Origin: Sulfolobales archaeon
GTDB lineage: Archaea > Thermoproteota > Thermoprotei_A > Sulfolobales > AG1
Direction of reading: 5' to 3'
Length of the DNA stretch: 64,000 nt
NCBI GenBank assembly: GCA_038867615.1
Contig: JAWBYA010000003.1
Span: forward strand, 128,001-192,000
Below are positions 10,749 through 20,574 of this stretch, piece by piece. A program made the position numbers and the translations under genes. The notes beneath the pieces are model-generated. The model searched no databases, was not told the DNA's origin, and worked only from the letters and a program-made list of their open reading frames with translations. How positions within the stretch are numbered: position 1 is the first letter of the stretch; each line of letters opens with the position of its first letter.

Positions 10749-12020
10749 TTACTTGGAAATTACTGTCTTTAGATCCAGCATTGGTAGCTTTTTAATAGCA
10801 ATAAGGGCCACGGAGATCCTCATTAATGTTGATATGGCAAACGTGACCTCAGGGCCATATATTATATAGGTGGATATTATAGAGCCAGCAGCAGATGATA
10901 TGGCTGCTGATATATTTGTACTCAGGGTTATTAGCGAGAGAATCGCTGGCCTGAGATCCCTTGGCAATAGGTAGAGGTTATAGAGACCTGTAAGGAGATC
11001 CCATGCAGACCACCAAACAGCCGAGTAGATTTCAAGAGCTATCTGGGATGGGAGGCTTCTTGCAGCAATAAACATTAGAGGGATTGGTGATATGAGAATT
11101 AGCGATGCTATAAAGGATCTCCTCACATCCAGTATTTGAATAATATAGGGCCATATGCCGAGCATTAGGGCTTTGGCTAGATATGTGGTTGCCGCCTTAG
11201 CGGTGATCCATATTTCATCGCCACCTATACTATAGATCAAATAATAGTTCCAGAGGGATGCCGGCAGGTTTACTGCTGCTGTGTAAAGAATTATAATTGC
11301 TATATACCACTTAGCCCTTTCAGCTGCTAGGAGTTCCCAGTATAGCTTTATTTGGGATCTTATCCTGAGAGTCTCACGGGGTTGCTTGAAGTGTTCAACA
11401 ACTATTGGGTCATCTTTTATCATGATTAGAAAGAATGTTGAGACGATCGCTAACGCGAAGCTCGTGATATACAATGTTATATATGCCTCGAGACTGCCGC
11501 CTCCAAAGCTCACAAACACGGCTACAGATGCTGTGAGAGATGCTAGAGCAGCTAAGTTCATTAGAGAATTCAATGTTCCGAAGTATCTGGCCGCTCTATC
11601 TCTGCTAACAAGATCTCCCCCAACATCAGAGGCGGCTATCCCTGCTATTGCCCCTGAGGCTTGTGATGCTGCCACTATTAAGTATAATAACAACACACCC
11701 AGATCTCGGGGAATAGTTATAGTTAGGATGAGCAATGACCACCCGATCCTGTTGGTGGTGCCGAATAATAGCCATAGCTTTTTCCTATAATACCTATAGC
11801 TATTAATGAGGATTGTTCCTAAAAGAGCTCCGGCACCTACAGCACTTAGCTGTACTGCCACCAGGATTCCTAGTAATGCTATATCCATGCCAAGGAATCT
11901 TATTCCTAGCAGTTGTGAGAGCGATGTTGAGAGGGATACCGAGAAGCTATAGGTTGAGGCTTCTACTTTCCAATATGTAAGGCTTCTTTCCTTTATAGTC
12001 TCATTTGCCACCCTAACCAC
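10749..12020 (-). CDS. MFS transporter
   Basis: About 12 hydrophobic segments; DLVSRDRAARYFG loop. Confidence 0.8.
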   Translation of the reverse strand: MVRVANETIKERSLTYWKVEASTYSFSVSLSTSLSQLLGIRFLGMDIALLGILVAVQLSAVGAGALLGTILINSYRYYRKKLWLLFGTTNRIGWSLLILTITIPRDLGVLLLYLIVAASQASGAIAGIAASDVGGDLVSRDRAARYFGTLNSLMNLAALASLTASVAVFVSFGGGSLEAYITLYITSFALAIVSTFFLIMIKDDPIVVEHFKQPRETLRIRSQIKLYWELLAAERAKWYIAIIILYTAAVNLPASLWNYYLIYSIGGDEIWITAKAATTYLAKALMLGIWPYIIQILDVRRSFIASLILISPIPLMFIAARSLPSQIALEIYSAVWWSAWDLLTGLYNLYLLPRDLRPAILSLITLSTNISAAISSAAGSIISTYIIYGPEVTFAISTLMRISVALIAIKKLPMLDLKTVISK

Positions 12021-12125
12021 CCGTGGCTTTCTATGAGTTTGAAAATTCTCTAGACTCCTTGTAAAGCCGGTAGTTTGTTCTGCTATATCATCCTGCCTAC
12101 TAGACTGTTAAGCAGATCATCATAT

Positions 12126-12299
12126 CTACTTGATCTTCTTCCCACCGAATCTAAGCTTTCTAGGCCTTAGATCGTAGCTTTTACACCGCCTGCACTTAAT
12201 AGCTCTATAGGGATTGATAGCACCACATCTTCTACAGATCTTCTTATTAAGCTTCCTATCCATCACGATCTTCATTAGCTCGGGGTCGTTGAGCGGCAT
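12126..12299 (-). CDS. rpl40e: 50S ribosomal protein L40e (57 aa, not in the ORF track)
   Basis: Manual translation: MPLNDPELMKIVMDRKLNKKICRRCGAINPYRAIKCRRCKSYDLRPRKLRFGGKKIK. Confidence 0.95.
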   Translation of the reverse strand: MPLNDPELMKIVMDRKLNKKICRRCGAINPYRAIKCRRCKSYDLRPRKLRFGGKKIK

Positions 12300-12390
12300 A
12301 GCCCATCAAAGCTATTTGTATAAAGCAACCTAAAAGCCTTTGTGGTATGCTGTTCAGCTTTAAATCCGGTTAGGGGAATCTTTATATGAG

Positions 12391-12483
12391 GCCGGGGTGG
12401 CCGAGCGGTCTAAGGCGGCGGGCTGCAGTGGTGTTGTGCCGAAACCCGTTTAATCGCGGGTTCGAATCCCGCCCCCGGCTCCA
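12391..12483 (+). tRNA. tRNA-Cys(GCA) with 15-nt intron at 37/38 (12429-12443) and encoded CCA
   Basis: GCCGGGG/CCCCGGC acceptor, U73, GCGGG/CCCGT anticodon stem, GCGGG-TTCGAAT-CCCGC T-arm. Confidence 0.93.
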
Positions 12484-12569
12484 GCTCCACAAACCACTAT
12501 TCTTAGCCACTATGCTTTGGAATGAGCTATAAAGCTTATTAAAACTCTGGTACAGTAAAGCTAGTAGGG

Positions 12570-12824
12570 TTGACAAGAGTGTCGTTTGACGACGCGTGTA
12601 AAGAGAAAGACCTAGCTATATGTATATGTAAGGCACAGGATGAGAAGAAGAGCCCGGAGATTGGTTGTAGAAATGAGGAGCCTTGCTATGTTTGCTGGAA
12701 GTGCGGTAGGTATTTCCCTTACAGCAAGATTACAATAGTAGAGACGCTTAGATGTCCCTGCTGTGGTTATAGGATCATAGCTAAAGCCAGGCTACCTACA
12801 GGACGGGCTATAAAGGCTATATAG
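12570..12824 (+). CDS. rpo12: RNA polymerase subunit Rpo12 (RpoP) with N-terminal extension
   Basis: YVCWKCG...RCPCCGYRIIAKAR...IKAI zinc ribbon. Confidence 0.85.
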   Translation: MTRVSFDDACKEKDLAICICKAQDEKKSPEIGCRNEEPCYVCWKCGRYFPYSKITIVETLRCPCCGYRIIAKARLPTGRAIKAI

Positions 12825-13237
12825 ATAAACCCACAGCGCTTGACCAGGTCTATAATAGATCCGACTGCTTTAGGGGTTAATAATGCCAACCTAATCCTGT
12901 TGTGGTACAGACAGAGATGTATTGTATTGGTGGCATTGTATACCGCGCCTCTCAATAGATCTTGCTGACGCTATTAAGAAAATCTGTAATCTCGGATCTG
13001 TGGTTTTAGTGATGAGTCGAATTCAAATATTGTCTCACACATGTGGTGAAGCAGTGTTCCAAGCCACCCGGGATATGATCCTCGTAGATGAGAGCTCCAT
13101 TAAGTTGAGCCGAGACAGAGCCATTGAGCCCACGGGTAGCAGGATCCCTGTGAAAGATATCAAGGTGACATGGACATTAGTATCCAAGGAAACAAGTGCT
13201 TATCATTATTATTGTTTGAAATAAAATAAGCTTCGTA

Positions 13238-14284
13238 ATGTGGATAACTAGGAGGTGGAGGGATACGAGAGAGCTAGGTGTGGAGCTCCCAATACTACCC
13301 ACAACCGTTATTGGGAGTTATCCAAGGCCTAGGTGGTTGAGGCATATGATAAGATTGTGGAGCACAGGTAGAGTGGATGATAGGGCTCTTGATGAGGCGT
13401 TTAGAGACTCTGTAAGAGTTATTGTGAGGGAGCAGGAGGAGGCGGGGATCGATATACCGAGTGATGGTGAGATGTGGAGGGATGAAATGGTGGAGTATTT
13501 CGCAGAAAGGATCGATGGGTTTAGGTTCTACGGCCCGGTGAGGGTTTGGGGTAATAATTACTTCAACAAACCAGCTGTTGTTTCAAAGCTCTCTTATAGG
13601 GAGCCAATAGTGGTTAAGGAATACATGTTCCTCAGATCTGTTAGTAGTAGAGCTGTTGTTAAGGTAACAATAACAGGGCCTTACACGATAGCTGATTGGA
13701 GCTTTAACGAGTACTACGGATCTAAAGAGGAGCTTACCTTCGAGCTAGCGAAGATTATAAATAGAGAGATAATAGAGCTTGAGAAAGCCGGGGCTTTATT
13801 TGTTCAGGTTGACGAGCCAGCGCTAACAACACACCCAGAGGAGATGGACTGGGCTGTTGATGCTATAAACCAGGTTACAAAGGGGGTGGGTATAAAGCTC
13901 GGTCTCCACGTATGCTATAGCGATTATAGCCTCCTCTCAAGATATTTTGATAGGCTATCCTTCAGCCAATTCGCGCTTGAGTTTGCTAACCGCGACTATA
14001 GGGATCTTGGAGTACTTTCAAAACTAGGGGATAGGGAGATAGGGTTGGGGGTTGTGGATGTCCATAACAGATCTATTGAGGATCCGCAACATGTTTCGAA
14101 GGCTATAGAGAAGGCTATGACGTATGTAGAGCCTGAAAAGATTTACGTCAACCCCGACTGCGGCTTAAAGCTACTCCCAAGAGAGATTGCTAGGAAGAAA
14201 CTTGAGGTCATGGTCTCCGGCGTGAAGATCGTTAGAAAGGAGCTTTTGTCTAGGGGTATTGAGAGGACAGTACTGAGGGGATAG
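13238..14284 (+). CDS. metE: Cobalamin-independent methionine synthase, catalytic half (split MetE)
   Basis: PTTVIGSYPRP, DGEMWR, TGPYTI, QVDEP, HVC, NPDCGLK Zn ligands. Confidence 0.92.
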   Translation: MWITRRWRDTRELGVELPILPTTVIGSYPRPRWLRHMIRLWSTGRVDDRALDEAFRDSVRVIVREQEEAGIDIPSDGEMWRDEMVEYFAERIDGFRFYGPVRVWGNNYFNKPAVVSKLSYREPIVVKEYMFLRSVSSRAVVKVTITGPYTIADWSFNEYYGSKEELTFELAKIINREIIELEKAGALFVQVDEPALTTHPEEMDWAVDAINQVTKGVGIKLGLHVCYSDYSLLSRYFDRLSFSQFALEFANRDYRDLGVLSKLGDREIGLGVVDVHNRSIEDPQHVSKAIEKAMTYVEPEKIYVNPDCGLKLLPREIARKKLEVMVSGVKIVRKELLSRGIERTVLRG

Positions 14285-14286
14285 CA

Positions 14287-15297
14287 ATGCCTGTCATGAT
14301 CATGCAACACGGTATATACCCTAGACCCAGAGGTCTTGCAAGAGCCATATCTAGGTTCTCCTCTGGGAAGATGTCTCAGGAAGATCTTGAGAGGGTCTAT
14401 GAGAAATATACTGAGAGGTTTTTCAAACTCTTAAAGGGTCTAGGCTATGATAGGTTCAGCGATGGCATGTTTAGGTGGGACGATATATTCAACCCCCTTA
14501 TCTCGGGAATAGGCGGGGTTGTTGTGAACGGTCTCAGGAGGTTCTATGATAACAACTACTTTTTCAGGCAACCCATAGTGAGAGGGAGGATCTCTTATGG
14601 CGAGCCAAAGATCTCGAGGATGCTTGCGAAAAGCCTATCGATAGCGAGAAACCTGGGCATAGAGCCCAACAGAGTCTCGCTCTCCCTTGCAGGACCGTAT
14701 ACAATGGCTACAAACGCTCTCATAGAAACTAGCGACTATGACGTGGAGAAGTTCATGAGAGACTATACAGAGAAGGTAATATATAGTGAGATAGAGGGCT
14801 CGCTTAAGGAGGGCGTGGTAAATATAGATCTCCACGAACCATCTATAGCTGTTATGGGGGGTGCTAAGCTAGACGCTGTTAGAGAAATATATGAGGAGAT
14901 TGCGAGAAACTTCCCCAAAGCAAGGGTCTGGGCTATCATGTATTTTGGATATAACGGAGAAGGGGTTAGGATGTTTAGAGAAGCCTCCACGAGGTTTGGT
15001 AATATAGGGTATGTGGTTGATATGGTTGAGGCGCCAGAGAGCGCTTGGAACGGGCTGGGAGAGCTTCTAGGGGTAGGCGGTATTGGGATAGCTATTATTA
15101 ACTCGAGGACTACGAAGATGGAGAGGTATAGGGATATAGCTTCGAAGCTGTTAAAAGCGCTCGGTGGATATGAAGGCGATCTATACCTCACGCATAACGC
15201 TAGTCTCGAGTTCCTCCCCGAGAAGATAGCTGTGAGGAAGCTCAGGCTTCTGAGAAGATTCGCTATAAAGATCAACAGAGATGTTCAGAAGACCTAG
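14287..15297 (+). CDS. MetE N-terminal-half-like protein (partner of split MetE)
   Basis: GIYPRP, DGMFRWDD, RFYDNNYFFRQP, LEFLP; no Zn ligands; starts 2 nt after metE. Confidence 0.8.
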   Translation: MPVMIMQHGIYPRPRGLARAISRFSSGKMSQEDLERVYEKYTERFFKLLKGLGYDRFSDGMFRWDDIFNPLISGIGGVVVNGLRRFYDNNYFFRQPIVRGRISYGEPKISRMLAKSLSIARNLGIEPNRVSLSLAGPYTMATNALIETSDYDVEKFMRDYTEKVIYSEIEGSLKEGVVNIDLHEPSIAVMGGAKLDAVREIYEEIARNFPKARVWAIMYFGYNGEGVRMFREASTRFGNIGYVVDMVEAPESAWNGLGELLGVGGIGIAIINSRTTKMERYRDIASKLLKALGGYEGDLYLTHNASLEFLPEKIAVRKLRLLRRFAIKINRDVQKT

Positions 15298-15317
15298 CCA
15301 GCCCTGTCAAATAGCTG

Positions 15318-15956
15318 CTACCCTTTCTCTGCAGCATTGGAGAAACCAACAACCCTTCTCCTCAGATGCCTGCCAGCACCCTTGAACCTCTCCTCCTCCC
15401 ATACGTTTCCTCTCTCGTGATAGCCTCTCTCTTCCCAGTAGCCGTCTACATAGCGGTCTAGAAAGACCAGTTTTTCAACCCATTTTGCTCCTTTCCAGCC
15501 GTATAGATGGGGTATGAAGATCCTTGCTGGGTATCCCTGCTCTATGCTGAGAGGCTTTCCATTTATCTCAAGGGCGATGATAGCTCTGGGATCTCTCGCA
15601 TCCTCTATGGGTACTATTGTTGTATAGCCATCCATGCTTATAGTATATAGCCATCTAGCCTCTTGTTTAACACCAACCATACCCATGATCTTCGAGAGTG
15701 ATACGCCCCTCCACCTCACATTAGCAACACTCCATCCAGTCACACAATGAAAGTCGGAGGTGTATTCAGCGTCTGCAAGTGATTTGAGCTCGTCATAGCT
15801 TAGTTCTAAGTTCTTCTCAACAAGACCGCTAACAACCAACCTATATTTATTTATATCAACCTTAGGGATCCCGAACTCTGCATATATAATGAATCTCGAG
15901 ATCCATCGCTGTCCGGGAGGCGTGTTTTTCGCCTCTACTTGAACCAAGACCCCCAC
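15318..15956 (-). CDS. Sulfite oxidase-like molybdopterin oxidoreductase
   Basis: PPGQ, DFHCVTGWS, GYPAR, YGWKGAKW, GYWEERGYH. Confidence 0.9.
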   Translation of the reverse strand: MGVLVQVEAKNTPPGQRWISRFIIYAEFGIPKVDINKYRLVVSGLVEKNLELSYDELKSLADAEYTSDFHCVTGWSVANVRWRGVSLSKIMGMVGVKQEARWLYTISMDGYTTIVPIEDARDPRAIIALEINGKPLSIEQGYPARIFIPHLYGWKGAKWVEKLVFLDRYVDGYWEERGYHERGNVWEEERFKGAGRHLRRRVVGFSNAAEKG

Positions 15957-16074
15957 CTAGTCTTAATAGATTATCTCTAATGCAGTAATAAGCTTAGCTG
16001 GTTCTGTAGTTGGTGATCTCGAACTTCGCTTATCCTTATAACAACTCCTGCTAATATTCCTTTGGTATAATGCT

Positions 16075-17139
16075 TTGGGCAAACATCTGGCGAGACACCT
16101 AATAGATCTTCCTAGGAGCATCTTGATAGGCAGTGGTATTAGGTATGAGGTGCCTCAGAGAATCCTTAGTCTAGGTATTGGGAGAAGCTTTCTCCTAGTA
16201 AGCGGCTCTGGAAACACCAGGACATATGCCAAAGAGGTATCAGAGATTCTGGCTGACAACGGTTTCGAGGTATCGAGGATAGAGATCTCCGCCTCAACGA
16301 TCGAGAATGTTGAGAAAGTGATTGAAGCCCTGAGAGAACGCGGGATCGATGGTGTTATAGGACTCGGAGGAGGAAAGGCTATAGATGTTGCTAAGTACTC
16401 AGCAAAACAGCTTGGAAAGCCTTTTATAAGCTTCCCAACAGCACCCTCCCACGATGGAATAGCATCGCCCTTCGCATCGATAAAAGGAATAGGCGAGGTA
16501 AAGTCTGTAGGTGCGGTAACACCGATAGCTATTTTTGTCGACCTGGATTACATGGTCAAGTCTCCTAGAAGGCTCTTGATAGCAGGGGTCGGGGATCTTA
16601 TAGCAAAGTTCACAGCTGTGCTCGATTGGAGGCTAGCGCATCTCCTCCATAATGAGTACTATGCAGAATATGCTGCCTCACTCGCTATCCATAGTGCCAA
16701 GCATGTTATAAGCTCCTGGCAGAGGATTAAGAACGGTACACTCGATTCCTACAGAATAGTTGTCGAAGGGCTTATAAGCAGTGGTGTTGCTATGTGCATA
16801 GCAGGGTCGACAAGACCTGCAAGCGGCTCCGAGCATCTGTTTAGCCACGCACTGGACATGGTTGCAGGATACCCGGCACTCCATGGAGAACAAGTGGGGG
16901 TTGGTACAATAATGATGGCATATCTCCATGGGAAGAAGTGGAAGAGGATAAGATATATACTTAAGGCTCTGGGAGCTCCTACATCGGCTAAGGAGCTGGG
17001 CGTATCTAGAGAAAAGATCATAGAGGCTCTCACAATAGCCCATAAGATAAGACCTGAAAGATATACAATACTCGGGAGAGACGGGCTCTCTATAGAGGCT
17101 GCGGAGAACTTAGCCATAGCTACTAAAGTGATAGACTAA
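16075..17139 (+). CDS. egsA: sn-glycerol-1-phosphate dehydrogenase
   Basis: GGGKAIDVAK, PTAPSHDGIASP, RPASGSEHLFSHALD, LHGEQVG, RPERYTIL. Confidence 0.96.
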   Translation: MGKHLARHLIDLPRSILIGSGIRYEVPQRILSLGIGRSFLLVSGSGNTRTYAKEVSEILADNGFEVSRIEISASTIENVEKVIEALRERGIDGVIGLGGGKAIDVAKYSAKQLGKPFISFPTAPSHDGIASPFASIKGIGEVKSVGAVTPIAIFVDLDYMVKSPRRLLIAGVGDLIAKFTAVLDWRLAHLLHNEYYAEYAASLAIHSAKHVISSWQRIKNGTLDSYRIVVEGLISSGVAMCIAGSTRPASGSEHLFSHALDMVAGYPALHGEQVGVGTIMMAYLHGKKWKRIRYILKALGAPTSAKELGVSREKIIEALTIAHKIRPERYTILGRDGLSIEAAENLAIATKVID

Positions 17140-17232
17140 GACATAGTTCGGGTTTCACAGCGATAGATGCTGTTTGTATCTATGCCCAAAGCCTAGTGTG
17201 AGTAGTACTGGACTATATGGGCTTAAATAGTT

Positions 17233-18153
17233 TCAGACGCCTGTAGCAATAGATCTGTTATTATCGCTACCTAGCGAATATATCCTCATATACATGTTCT
17301 TGATATCATCCTTCACTATATGGAGATATACTTGTGTTGTCTTTATATCCCTATGCCCCATTATTCTCTGAAGTGCTGGAAGAGGTAGGCCTTTCTTGAG
17401 GGCCTCTGTGGCGAAGGTGTGTCTCAGTATGTGGGGTCTAACTTTCCTGGGATCTATTCCTGCTCTTTGTGCTAGTTTCTTCAGCCTTTTATATAGGGCG
17501 GTGTATGTTATGGGGATAACTCTATCGTCATTGCCACCCACATGACTCTTCCAGGTTTCTAGGGCTTTTCTGGATAGATCCCCTATAAACACAACACGCT
17601 CTTCTCCATACTTAGCGTTCTTCACATATATCTCTCTAGCCTCGAGATCTACATCGCTCCATGTGATCGAGAGCAGCTCGGAGGCTCTTAATCCTGTTTC
17701 GATTAATAGAGAGATTATGACCAAGTCTAATAGATCTCTACACGCATCAATAAGCCTATAGATCTCTTGGGGCTTGAGAGTATCTATAAGCTTCCTCGAG
17801 CCTCTTTTAAAGCTACCAACGCTTATGTTTCTCCCAAGCCATTTTATAAAAGATCTTATGAAGAGTGAGTAGTAATAAAGCGTGTTTTGAGAAGCCTTTA
17901 TATCTCCCTTCCTTCTCTCGAACCCGTTTTTGAGCCTTGTGAGTCGCCACGTCTGGATATCTCTCTCAGTCAGCTCAGAGACCTTCTTATTACCCACCAC
18001 CTTTACCAGATCCTTTACAGCGGCCCTATAGCTCCTTATAGTCTTCTCACTAGCCCCAGCGGCCCTTAGCTGGACTAGAAACTCCTCTAACACGTCTTCG
18101 AGGGTTAGATCAAGCATTTCTTCAGATGCTCTGGGTATCTCAAACTTAGTCAT
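17233..18153 (-). CDS. xerA: XerA-type tyrosine recombinase
   Basis: TGLRASE, HILRHTFAT, MGH...TTQVY catalytic residues; housekeeping context. Confidence 0.85.
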   Translation of the reverse strand: MTKFEIPRASEEMLDLTLEDVLEEFLVQLRAAGASEKTIRSYRAAVKDLVKVVGNKKVSELTERDIQTWRLTRLKNGFERRKGDIKASQNTLYYYSLFIRSFIKWLGRNISVGSFKRGSRKLIDTLKPQEIYRLIDACRDLLDLVIISLLIETGLRASELLSITWSDVDLEAREIYVKNAKYGEERVVFIGDLSRKALETWKSHVGGNDDRVIPITYTALYKRLKKLAQRAGIDPRKVRPHILRHTFATEALKKGLPLPALQRIMGHRDIKTTQVYLHIVKDDIKNMYMRIYSLGSDNNRSIATGV

Positions 18154-18238
18154 ATGTATATCCTTATATCAAGCTAAAGGAGATCTGGGGTTAAAAAAGT
18201 TATCGGTTAAATCGTTGTGTTAAAATGTGTTGGTTTCT

Positions 18239-18412
18239 TTAAGCCGGTGTATATACTCCTCTCTCGAGTCTCTTTACAAGGCCTTTCTTGAGAAGCCTGT
18301 TCAGGGCTCCTCTAACTGTATTATAGTTCAGCCCTGTTGACTGGCTAATCTCCTTTGGCGATGCCTTGCCCTTGCTCTTCAAGACATTCATTACCTTTTC
18401 TGTGCTGCTCAA
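18239..18412 (-). CDS. Small basic winged-helix DNA-binding protein (57 aa)
   Basis: SPKEISQSTGLNYNTVRGALNRLLKKGLVKRLERGVY; GGTGA SD before TTG at 18412. Confidence 0.8.
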   Translation of the reverse strand: MSSTEKVMNVLKSKGKASPKEISQSTGLNYNTVRGALNRLLKKGLVKRLERGVYTPA

Positions 18413-19006
18413 ATGAATCACCTAAGATCTGATCTTGATTCTGGGTTAATAAGCGTTACGTTTACAAGATCCTGGTTTTTGGAGCTCTGCATAAAGTGAA
18501 GAAGACCAAGATTCGCTCTGATGGTAATACCGCTTTGTGTTCTGTTAAGCAATCCTTGTGTTGATATCATTAGCGGTTTTGGTATGGATATAAAGGAACG
18601 ATCAGGAGCTGGTGAGGATAAACACATATATCCAGCCTATAAAATGCCAGGGACAAGGAAAATAATCAAAACCACATAGCTCTTCATCATTCTAGTTCTA
18701 GGCGCTATACCATAATAGTCTTCGCTTGCTGTATAATCCTCGGGTTCTCTATTGTTCCCTCTCACCAGCAAGGACTATTCTTTTAGATCTCAGTGTCTTT
18801 TCAAAGATTCCCTATATTGGGAAAGTCCCTCCGGTAAAGGTTTATAGATCTCTTTAAGAGATGCTAATCCTATTAATGGCACTACTGAGTCTTTTTATCC
18901 CAGGGTTAGAGGCAGATGCGAGAGGTTGTTTTGGTGTTTTTCAGATGCCGAGAAGCTGGAACATAGATCTAGAAGCTATAGTTTGCTCTAATTAAAGGAG
19001 TAACCA

Positions 19007-19492
19007 CTAGCTAGAAGCGTCTGTCGGTGGCGAGAGCACCTTCTCTATGTTCTTCCAATGCTTACCCTTCCAATATACTTTTCCACAGGAGCTGCATACC
19101 CAGTATGTTTTGTATGATGATATGATGTGGGGATCAACTTTCCCGCTAACCTCTACTAAAGAGTCTGTTTTCCTCAGAATACCGTTACATACAGGGCATC
19201 TCGTGTCGTTTTCATCAAAGTGCGTCCTTATCCTACACTTTGTTGCAAGTGTTTTTATCATATCGCTTATTTCGGTATCGTTTACGAGAACAGCTTCAAG
19301 ACCCTTTTTAACAGCTCTCCTATATAGCCCGACGTCTCTGGTGATTATAACTCTTTTCTCTTTCTCAGCTATTCTCATTATGGCCCAGTCCTCCATTGTG
19401 GGGTTGTAAAGAGTATCATAGCCAAGGATCCTTAGCCACCTGGCAAGGTTGCCCAGCATTGTGTCAACAATAAACCTAGGGTCTGTAGGCAC
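19007..19492 (-). CDS. Mut7-C RNase (PIN-like plus Zn ribbon) domain protein
   Basis: RFIVDTMLGNLARWLRILGYDT, ITRD, RCPVCN, CSSCGKVYWKGKHW; GTG start after GGGGA. Confidence 0.9.
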   Translation of the reverse strand: MPTDPRFIVDTMLGNLARWLRILGYDTLYNPTMEDWAIMRIAEKEKRVIITRDVGLYRRAVKKGLEAVLVNDTEISDMIKTLATKCRIRTHFDENDTRCPVCNGILRKTDSLVEVSGKVDPHIISSYKTYWVCSSCGKVYWKGKHWKNIEKVLSPPTDASS

Positions 19493-19686
19493 ATTATCCC
19501 CTATAATGATCCCTCTATCCTCCCTAAAAGCCACCACGATCCTATTGTAACCCGACTGCAATGTATATCGCTGAACACGCATTAATATAGTAACATAGGA
19601 TCGGCTCTAGCGTGAATGACGAAACAAAAGAAAACCTAGCGTGGAGGTTCTTAAGCTTTGAAAGAGAGATAGTGCGGGAGCATGGA

Positions 19687-19947
19687 ATGGCGAAAAAGAA
19701 GGTTGTGGGTATAGCCGGTAGATTTGGTGCGAGGTATGGATCAAGCCTTAGGAAGAGATGGAAGGAGGTGATGGAGAGGAGATACCAGGAGTATGAGTGC
19801 CCCAAGTGCAAGAAGAAGTCGATTCTGGAGAGACCGGCTGTCGGTATATGGAGATGCCCTAAATGTGGATACACATGGGCTGGAGGAGCATATGTCCCGT
19901 TTACAGAGATAGGCAGGGTATCGTCAGCTGGTGGTAAGAGAACGTAG
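19687..19947 (+). CDS. rpl37ae: 50S ribosomal protein L37ae
   Basis: VGIAGRFGARYGSSLRK, CPKC...GIWRCPKCG...GGAY. Confidence 0.96.
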   Translation: MAKKKVVGIAGRFGARYGSSLRKRWKEVMERRYQEYECPKCKKKSILERPAVGIWRCPKCGYTWAGGAYVPFTEIGRVSSAGGKRT

Positions 19948-20009
19948 AGAATTATAAAAATACTATTAGGTAATATATACCCTAACTTCATAATATATAT
20001 GGGCTCTTA

Positions 20010-20423
20010 TTGAAGGCTCTGATAAGGATCGTTGGCGGGGCCCATAGGATTAAAGAGATCTATGATAATTATGTAAGGGAGATAAAGGAATATAATAACC
20101 AGATTAAACATACAGGCTTCTACCTCATGCCTGTGAGAAAGACTGTCAAGAAGAGTCGTAAGGATCCCTCTAAAGTTAAGTATAACTATTACTATGGGCG
20201 GTATTGGTATTTCTATATATCAACCAAAGAGAGGGGGATCTATATATATGTGGGGAAAGAGAAGCCTCTAGAATCGCTTCCAGATCCTCCGAAGAACCCC
20301 TTAGAAGGCGTGGAGATAATATACGATGGTGACGACATACTCATTCCAGAGGATCAATTTGAGAAAGTGAAAGATCTCTTCAAAGGATATACTAGTATCG
20401 TTGAGGGTGGCAAAAAGAAATAG
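20010..20423 (+). CDS. Hypothetical basic/aromatic protein
   Basis: 137-aa ORF with YYYGRYWY...YVGKEKP...PPKNPLEG. Confidence 0.7.
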   Translation: MKALIRIVGGAHRIKEIYDNYVREIKEYNNQIKHTGFYLMPVRKTVKKSRKDPSKVKYNYYYGRYWYFYISTKERGIYIYVGKEKPLESLPDPPKNPLEGVEIIYDGDDILIPEDQFEKVKDLFKGYTSIVEGGKKK

Positions 20424-20574
20424 TCGATCTACGTCAAGTAGGCATCGATCGTCGAGCTCTCTTCGCACTCTCATTATGGTTCACATAATCCTGCCTTTAC
20501 CATATCATATTATATGTGATCCTATAGGTATTAGTTGCGATTCGCCAGTGGTAAGGATGATCTTATAGATCTAA

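Noticed and set aside
12382-12576. 64-aa minus-strand ORF
   Set aside because: It is antisense to tRNA-Cys
12922-13224. 100-aa ORF between rpo12 and metE
   Set aside because: No recognisable motif or SD; cannot be supported as a gene
17233-18240. Tyrosine recombinase as the integrase of a mobile element, and a dif-like site nearby
   Set aside because: No att repeats, adjacent tRNA or cargo genes; TTGTGTTAAAA near 18215 has no matching inverted arm
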